Part shown: in pieces, positions 37,601 to 46,600 of the stretch
Numbering within the stretch: the first letter of the stretch is position 1
How the letters are laid out: each line of letters begins with the position of its first letter
Virus record (IMG/VR): IMGVR_UViG_3300030329_001630
Location: 7,592 to 71,591 of that record
Length of the DNA: 64,000 nucleotides
Source: a virus
Direction: 5' to 3' (one strand)
Translations under genes and position numbers: made by a program
The notes under the pieces: model-generated
The model's input: the letters and a program-made list of their open reading frames with translations, nothing else
What the model was told of the DNA's origin: nothing
Database searches by the model: none

Positions 37601-40600
37601 AAGAACGTACCACTACGCTGGCCGCCGGTTGGGCCGACCGTAATGTTTGCTCTTTTCATGTTAATAAGGGCGTGCTGCAACGAATCAAAATCTCCGGCTA
37701 AAGCCGTACCTAACGCATGGATAGTAGGCATGTTTGTAGTAAACGCACCACTTGTAAAATAACTTGTTGCGTCAGCAGCAGAAATTAAAGCGGTGGTTAA
37801 AACCGTTTGCGGCACTGATGCATCCGTCTGATAAGCAAAGTTTCTAGCACCGAACGGAGAAGCCAGCGTATCTGTTATTCTAGCAACTTCGTTAGGACTA
37901 ATAAGTCCCAAAGCCATGCGCGAAATAAACGTAGAAGCCGGAGTTTCAATTCTATTACCTAACCCTGCTGGAATCAGCTTTTCTTCTGCTGCTCGGAGGA
38001 TAACTGCTCTTTCCATATCTGCATCATTTTCGGTCAGTCTCTTAATTGTTTCTAAATCTACCATACCGGTTTCAGCATCTCTAGCCTCTTCAGCAATTTC
38101 CCGAGCTTTCGTATCGTATTCAGCAGCATTTCTTCTACTTGCCTGAGCAGCCGATGGGAATTCCATTCCTCTAGTAAGGTCATCCATAGTTAGAGGATCA
38201 ACACCATCTGGAAGTTCTAAGGGATCGTGATCGGTGCCATACATTATGCGATTTTCTTCTTCCCTCTTCCTAATAATAGGAGTTCGGGTCGGTTGCATTC
38301 TACCAGAAAGAGTCTCAAGAGGAGCCGAGAATAATGCATCCGCATCTCCTAAGTTTAAAATCTCGGTTATTTCTCTTGCAGCACTAATAAACGTATAGCT
38401 ATCTTCAATTCCGTCTGCTAAGTCCTTACTGGCTTTGATGGTATCAAAAGCAGAAGGAATCTTTTTAATAGCTGAAATAGCAAACATCGCCCCAAACAAC
38501 TCACTTGTAGCAACGTTTAAATCGTCCTTAGTAAGAAGCTCTTCTCCTAATTGTTTAAGTCTAGCGATGTATTTTGCATCTGTTGTGACTTCTTCACCGT
38601 GAATCTTTTGTTCGGCTGTTTTGACACTTTCCAGCTCTACGCGCCTAACTTCATTAATAAAAGCTCTTTTCTGCTCCGTATCAAGACGAGTACCTACGTG
38701 GTGCCCGATTTCTTCAAGAATTACGGCAGCAGGCCCAAGCTCAACTTCCTCTCCGTAGAGACTACGTAATGCCGAATGAACGGACAGGACGTTGGTATTA
38801 GGATCGTAATGACCTGCTGATTTTAAGTGAGGCGTTACGTTTAACTCGAAACCGCCTGAATCTCGGTGAGAAACAAACAATTTGAGTAGGCTTTCTTGAG
38901 ATGTAGTAAAGAAGGCTAATTTAAGAATTATAGCGTCGTTGTTGTTTAGCGTTCCGTTAGCAACAAGCCCGTCCCAGTAGTTTCCTACAGTTTTATGTAC
39001 TGCGCTTTGTTTTTCAAAAGCACTTGCTCGATGGTGAGCCGTGTTTACTTTTACTTCATTACCGTCTTTCATTGGAGAAGTAGGAGCAACTTGTTCTCTA
39101 ATCCTTATTTCATCTACTGCTTGCATTGCACCTTCTGTTCTAGGTGAGTAGTAAATATTATTAACTTCTCTTGAAACTTCCCGTGCTACTCGCCATGACT
39201 CAGCAAAAACAGCTATTCTAGAATTGTGGTTATAAACGTCAGTAATTTTAGCTCCTTCAAAAGCTGTACCAGCGAAGTCATTAAGATTCTGTGTTATTTG
39301 ACCATCAGAATTCCATTTTCTGTTTATAGCGAATATCATTTTGCTTAACTCGGCCCACTCTTCCTCAATCTCAGCCTTAAGCGGCATTCCGTTGGATCTA
39401 TGGTTTGGGTTAAACAAGTAATCTTCTTGTTGTCTCAGATTAATGTAAGTTTCTTTCGGTGCTTTGTTGCCGTCCGTAAGGAAATAAGCTTTAATAGCAA
39501 GCCCCCACTTATAGGAACCGTCCTTGCTTAACGCTGTTTTATAGGATTTAATGTTGGTAATAATACCCTCGTCCCAACTCAACCCAGCTAAAAGCTCATC
39601 ACCCAGAAGCTCAGTAGCCTGCTTCTTGTACTTCCACGTATCTTCTTTACTGTTAAGCTCTAAGAACCGAGCGGGTCGAGCCTTTCCGTTTACAATTGTC
39701 TTGTACCTGTTATCTGATACAAACTTTCTAGTTAAATTTCGTTTTTTCATGTTTGCAGCTAACTGCTCAAAGCCAATAGAAAGAGCGGCAGCATTTTCTC
39801 TGGCTTTGTTAATACTTAAACCAGCGTATTTAGTAAACGGATCGTATCCTCCCATGTTAGAAGAACGTTCAGCGTTCATAGGAAGGTCTCTCTTAAGTAA
39901 GGAAGCCAACAGCATTCTGTCAACCACTCTACTATTTTGGGTAAAGTTCAATGCTTTAATCTTATCTTGCATAGTAAGTCTAACAATACCCTGACCTGTA
40001 ACCTTGTGAGGATAGATTAAATTACCAAAAGCATCAACGAAAAATCTCTGATCTCTATCATACTTTATTTGATTTATCTTAGCATTCATCGCCTCTTCAA
40101 AAGTTTTACCGGGATAATTCTTACTGATAAACTCATCAATGTCTCCCAACTGCTCTGATAAGTTAGCCATAACAGCTTCTTTGATTGCGGGTTTAGACAT
40201 GTAAGCGATTGCAGAGTGGTTATCTCCAAACTTAGTTACAACGTTTTCTTCGCCTTCCTTGAAGTAACGAAGAATGTCCTCTACGTCTGCCTTATTGAAA
40301 GCTTCAAGGATGTGCTCATAATTCTCGTTCCTTTTCCTAAACTCTATTCCCTCGTCTAAGCCTTCTTGTCCTCTTACTTTAAGATCCCACCATTCTACGA
40401 ATAAACTGATGTGATTTGCTGTAATCTCATCCTCATCAATCACACCATCAAGCATCCTCTTAACAGCCTGATGCCACATTCCTACTTGGGCATAATTAGT
40501 AAAGAAAAGACCAGACGAGTCTTTAGTTTGTACGCTGGCTGGGGCGTGATAGAGAGTAGAGGCTTCTTTTACTGTCACAGGGTTTAACGGAGAATCAAGA

Positions 40601-43600
40601 ATAATTGTACCCGGTACTTCAGCTTCTCCCATTAACCACGCGGCCATGTTTCCAGCATCAAGGTTTTTAAGAGCAGTGTTTTCCATTGCTTCACCAAATG
40701 TTTTACCATGACCGATGGTTTTTAACCTATCGCCGGTAAAGCTAAGGGGAGACCAAATGCCATTCTTGGCATCGTCTGCCCACCCACCGTCAATAGTTAA
40801 AATCTCTGAGTATCTCAATTCTGCATCAGCCTGTACTTCTCGTATGTTCTCGATAATTGAGAGATACTCAAGATCCTCAAGGGCTTCTTTTTCTGCTTCT
40901 TCGGGTGAATAATCCCGAGTAAGTAATCTTTCTTCTACTTCCCTTTTTCGTGTATTAGCCATAGACTGGAGCGATGCAATATCAGACAACATTTTGTTCT
41001 GTTCTCGTTCTGCATTTAAGTGACGATAAATCTGATATACTTCAAAGTATTCTCCGTTTCCTATGTGGTCATTCACGGCTTTTATATTAACCTGATTAGC
41101 CCAAGTCTCTAAAGAGGCTTTCAAAGATTTAGCCATAATCTCAGGACTGGGTGCTGACTTTAAGTCCCCAAACATTCTCTCTGCAAGAGGAATATCGGTT
41201 CCCTTGCCTTGGTAAAGAGGAATTGTAGTAAGATCTTCTGGGGGAACAGTCCTTAATTCTTTAGCGGTGAAAACAGGAGGTCGTTGAGTTTTATCTAATT
41301 CCTCGCTTCGATCCCTAAGAGTAATAAAATCAGAAACTTCTTGAGATCTGTTTATCTGTGACTTTCTTAAAGATGGAACAGGCGAATCTTTAAACGGTCT
41401 TAAAATAGTCTTGGGGAGGTGACCTAAAATATGAGGCATTCTTCCCGTTGACATTACAATATCCCCGATCTGTTCTTTCATGAAATTACCGATGTTGTCG
41501 GGTCTTTCTTCTCTAGCTGAATCAATGATTTCGCCCACAACACGAAGAAGTTTAGTAGCCCTTTTTAATTTGAACTCTTCGTCGTTTAACTTATTTTTAA
41601 TATTTGTATCTGTTGGATTCTCGGCAAGCTGTTGCTTAAGACCTCTTACCCTTACTGCTAAGTTTTTTACTTCTATGTCGTATTGATTAGCTAAAATCCT
41701 TGCTTGAGTTCTAAGATCATCCCCCAGTTTTGAGGTCTCTTCCCACGCAGAATACCATCTATCTGCTGTTAAGTCTTCAAACTCGTCTCCAAAACGTTTA
41801 TTTAAGAGCGGGGTAATATCGTAAATTTCGCTAAGTTCTTTAATTACTTGGAGAATTGTCCTATCCCTTACTTGTTCGTCAGTAAGGTCACCTTTCGCAA
41901 TTCGTCCCACACCAATAGGAGCATCTGTACCTAAAGTACGGTGCCCTGTACTAGGAGTAGGATCAAGGGCACTGGTAGCAAAGATACGACCCTCAAAAGC
42001 TAGGTTAAGTCTTCTAAATACTTCGTCTCCCCCTGCTGCAAACTTAAACAAGGGCGACATAACGGCTTTTAATCTGTCTTTTAGAGTACCGTCTCCAATA
42101 TCCCCAGTTACAATAGTAAGGAACTTATCCAGTTCTGCTTCATCGAAACCATAACCAGTCCTGCTATAGCTATCCAAGGAATTAAGAACAGCGTTGTCAT
42201 CCATGTATTTAATAAAAAGCTCGTCAATTTGTCTTTGTTTTTCGGTTGCGTTTAAGCTTTTATTATTTACGATTTTCGTAACTTGTGTTTGAATACCGTT
42301 TACTTCCTTTTCCAGCAATTTAGCAGCTTGGTTTCTCTTGCCTGAGTCTAAGGCATGTAATTTATTCATTACAACAGTAATCATTTCATCTTCTGGATCA
42401 ACTGATTTCCCTAAAATTAAACCGCCACGATTAATCTCTGCTAAATCTTCAAACTTCATTAAGGATTCTGCTGCCGGTACATCTCTTTGAGCTTTAGCAA
42501 AATTATTAAGAATGTTACCTAATTCTTTGTTACTTATTCCGCTGGTAGGACCGTATACGTTGTCTTTAATCCAACCCAAAGATGCGTGAGAACTGCGATC
42601 AGCTAAAAGATGGCCCCATAATTCGGAAACACCACCGATATGCTCTCGCCAGTCTGCGCCTAAAGCTCCTTGTACAATACCTTGGTACTGTTCTTCTACT
42701 AATACATCTTTAAGCTTTGCAATCAGAGAGTCACGACCAGCCCCGTAAGAGTCTGTCATAACCGCAGATTTAAACATAGCCTTAGCTTCACCTTCGTCAT
42801 CAAACGCTGTTACAAGTTTACCGAGATTGTCCCAAGCTTCTTTATTTACACCCGCTGGAGGCGTACCCTCAAGATTACGCATAACGCCCTTTGTAACTTC
42901 GTTATAAACAGTGGTTTGTTCCCTCGCCCACCAGTCCTGTAAGTCTTTTCTGAGTTGAATTCCTTCTTCGCCTAAACTATCAGCAATTTCCCCAAAAAGT
43001 TTATTAATGCTTTCTGGATTTGCTCTACTGCCCATAACTAAAGAAAGCATAATGTTTGCACCGGATGCGTCTGCATCCACCTGCATATCATCAGGGAAAA
43101 ACATTTTTGTTACAATGTCTTTATCGTCATCGGACAGGTCATTAAAGTGTTTTGCCATCCACCCAACAAACTCTGCTTCAGTTTTAGGTAAAGTAGTTTT
43201 GTACTTCTCTTTAATCGGCCTAAGCTTATTTTTTAAAAGTTTATTAAAGTTTGCGCGTCCAAGTTCTACAAGGTTATCGTAACCGAACTCTACTTTATAC
43301 ATGATGTTTAACGCATCTCCTAAAGAGCCAGTCATTGAGGCTAACGTTGAGAATCCAAGGCCAATACCACGGAAAGGGTAAACAATGTTTGGCCGTTCTG
43401 TGGTTCCGGCGTTTAAATCATACGCAAAGTCCCAATGCGGTGTTCCCGCTGCATCGTCCACTCTTCCTAACTGAGTTCTAAACATAGTTGATACAGAGTC
43501 GTGAACCGTTAACATAAGGGCCGGGGTGATATTCCTCATCCTCACTTGATTACGTAAAATAAGATCATCAATCGATGTCCTCATTGTATCGTCCGGTCCT

Positions 43601-46600
43601 TTAACCGACCATTGGGGAATAAACCGGAAAGACTCGTTTTGAATAGAAGACCCTCTAATGGGGACGGAATCAATATCCTTAGATAAGTCTCTAATAACTT
43701 CTTCTAATTTATTAATATACTCAGCGTCATTCCCTGCTTCCCTCGCTGCTGTGTATTTCTGTACAATCTGATCTAAGATATAAGCATTTCTTGCTTGTTC
43801 AAAGTTAGCCTGCACCTTTTCATCTGTATCAGCCTGAATATAAATACTTCTGTCTCGCGCTGTGTCTAGAGTTCGCGCTGCGACTACACCCTTTTTACTC
43901 GGCTTTATTTCAGTAACAGCGTTAATTTTCTTAGTGTAACCGTCGCCTATAATAGAGGCTACGACAGCCGTTGCTGCTCTTTGCGGCCCGATGTAATCTC
44001 TTGTGCTACCTAACTCAGAAAAGTCGTTTAGCTCATCCTTAGGGGGTAAACTATTATTAACGTATTCTAAGATAAGCTTAGGAACACTATCGTCGCCCGT
44101 TTTAAGGGGTACACCGCCTGTGTCAATAAGTGTTTTCAGAGCTTCGTGGCCTCTCGCGCCCTCGTTATTATAGATGCTTGTTAATCTTCTTACCAGACTA
44201 GTGTTAAATTCATTTTTCCAATCCTCTTGCGTATAGCCGTCTACATCGGCTCCCTCATCAGCAGCGTATCTTTCATTGTTTTGGCTGAATTTTCTAGCTG
44301 CCCAAAGGGATTTTCCTTCATCCTGTTGATCAAGGTGATTTAAAACATTTCTGATGTTTCCTCCAGCAGTATAGACAACTTCGCCGTTTTCTGTACCAGC
44401 GATTGCATGACCAAAACGATTATTAATGCTGTACTTCATTCCTGCATTAACGTAATCTTTCATTTCGTCATTAACACGGCCTAACCTGTTGATTAAAGCG
44501 TCTAAGACTTCTCTACCGTTATACACACCACGGTTAGAATACTGAATGATATCTGGCAGATTAATTAAAAAGCCGTACCCCTTTTCAGCCGTTTCAATAA
44601 TACTCAATAAGTCTAATCTGCTAATAGAAGCATCGATCTCTAACCCGGACTCTGATAAAACAGATCTAACTGTAGAGTGGGCGTGGAGATGTGCCCGAAG
44701 CATAGTAATGATTTTAAGAAGAGGTTCTGCGTGTGCTTCAGAAGATCTTAATTCGATAGCAAATCTACCTAACTGTCTGTCAATCCACTGCTGCCTTATA
44801 GTGCTTTCCCACTCGTTTTTAGCAGCCGTCGTAAAGATATCAAATAGTCTTCTTTGTTCGTTTTTTGCTACTCTTAGGTTTTCTGCGTCAGTCGCACCAA
44901 GTGTTTCCCCCTTTTCTCTAGCCACCCTTTGTTTTCTTGAAAGCCTCAAACGTGTTTCAACAACATCGGAGTACTCCTTACTTGTGTGGGCTTTCGTTCT
45001 TACCATCCGTCTAATCATAGCGTCAGAGACGGTTGGTGAGTCAGCAGCGTCCTCGATGAGACCCCTAAGGTGGGCTTTCGCAAACTCTGACATCTGACCA
45101 AGATCATCATACGGTTCAAAGTCTGCGAATAAGCCCTTAGTACTATCGTCTGCACCTTCAAAGTATTCTTTTAACTCGTAAGCTTTTTGTTCTTTAAGTG
45201 TTCTATTGGCTTTTTTTGCTCTTGACTTAAGACCTCTTCCCCACTTGACCCCTACTCTTTTAGCTATAAGATCTAACACAGGGACTGATAAATCATTAAC
45301 AACGCTGCTAAAGTCTTCATCACCGATTCTTCTTAAAGTCTCTGCTAAGTCAACTTCTGATCGGGCAATTACTTTAGCAACTACATTCGGGTCTGCGCCG
45401 TACACCCACGTAACATTAGGATTGTTACGGTTAACAGGAGTAGCTTGCTGTACTTTATTCCAATTATTCTCCAGTGTTTTTATTTCTTGGTAAGTACGCA
45501 TAATGACAGCTTCGTTGTGTATCGGTGCGCCTTCTTCTTGTGCATCCAAAAGTCTTTTCACAAAGCCCAGTTCTGCGAGGAAGGACGATTCTGACTTAGA
45601 TACATCTTTGGTAGAAAACTCTTTTACAAGAATATCTCCCATTTCTCGTGTCATGTCGCTAAGTTTTTGTTTGGTGTATTCTACTGCTGCCGCTTCTTTA
45701 TTTGGATTAAGAAGATAGTTAATAAACTCTCTTACGTCCTCTGATGTTTCCTGTGCGCTGGCGATCCTTCTTAATTCTTTTTCAGTAAAGGCGTTCCTAA
45801 CCCACAGTTCTCTTCGAGCCACAAGCGATACTGGTGTTTCAGGGTCAAGAAGATACGAAAGAATAGGGCGCATTCCTAACTCGTTCGGTTCTCCGTATAA
45901 GCGACTACGAACAGTTTGCCGCCTGTACCATGCTACCCATCTCCATGCTTCATTCGGGTTTTTCTGGAAAAAGTTTGCAACGTTATGTGCAAGGTTCACA
46001 TCCGCTAAAAGAACGTCAGATTCTGCCGCCTTTAAGTCGTCTTTAACTTTTTCTACAGGTCTAAGATCATCAACTTCTTCAGTTGGAATTTGTTTAGCTT
46101 GAAGCCCTTCTTTTTGTTTTTCAAGCTTATTAGCTTTTGCATTTAAAGCGCTTTTCTTTGTGTTCCATTTTTTTAGAGCAGCTTTTTCTTCTTTAGTTCT
46201 GTCTTTAGGCTTTTTGCCCATAATTTCCTGAGGTTTAGCTTCCTCATGCTCTTCTCTGGCGGCTCTAGTTTGAGTAAGGTCTTCCTCGATTGCCTCAATG
46301 CGGTCTGCGTTTTCTTTAGCTGCTGCTTCAGACTGTGTTTTTCTTTCCAGTGCAGCTTCTGTTTGTTTTAGTTCTTCTTCGAGTGATGCTACCTTTTCTT
46401 GCGTCTGTGCCTTTTGTTCTTCGCCGCCTCTTACTGTTTCCACAAAAGAATCACTTAGAGGCATGTTTGAATCATCGTCTCTAAGGGGTCGTGATAATTC
46501 CTCTTCCATAATTGCTGTGGGTTCTTCGGATTCATACTGTTTTGCTGCTAAACGAATATAGGTTTTTTTAGCAACACTGTATTTTTCAAGGATATTCTCA

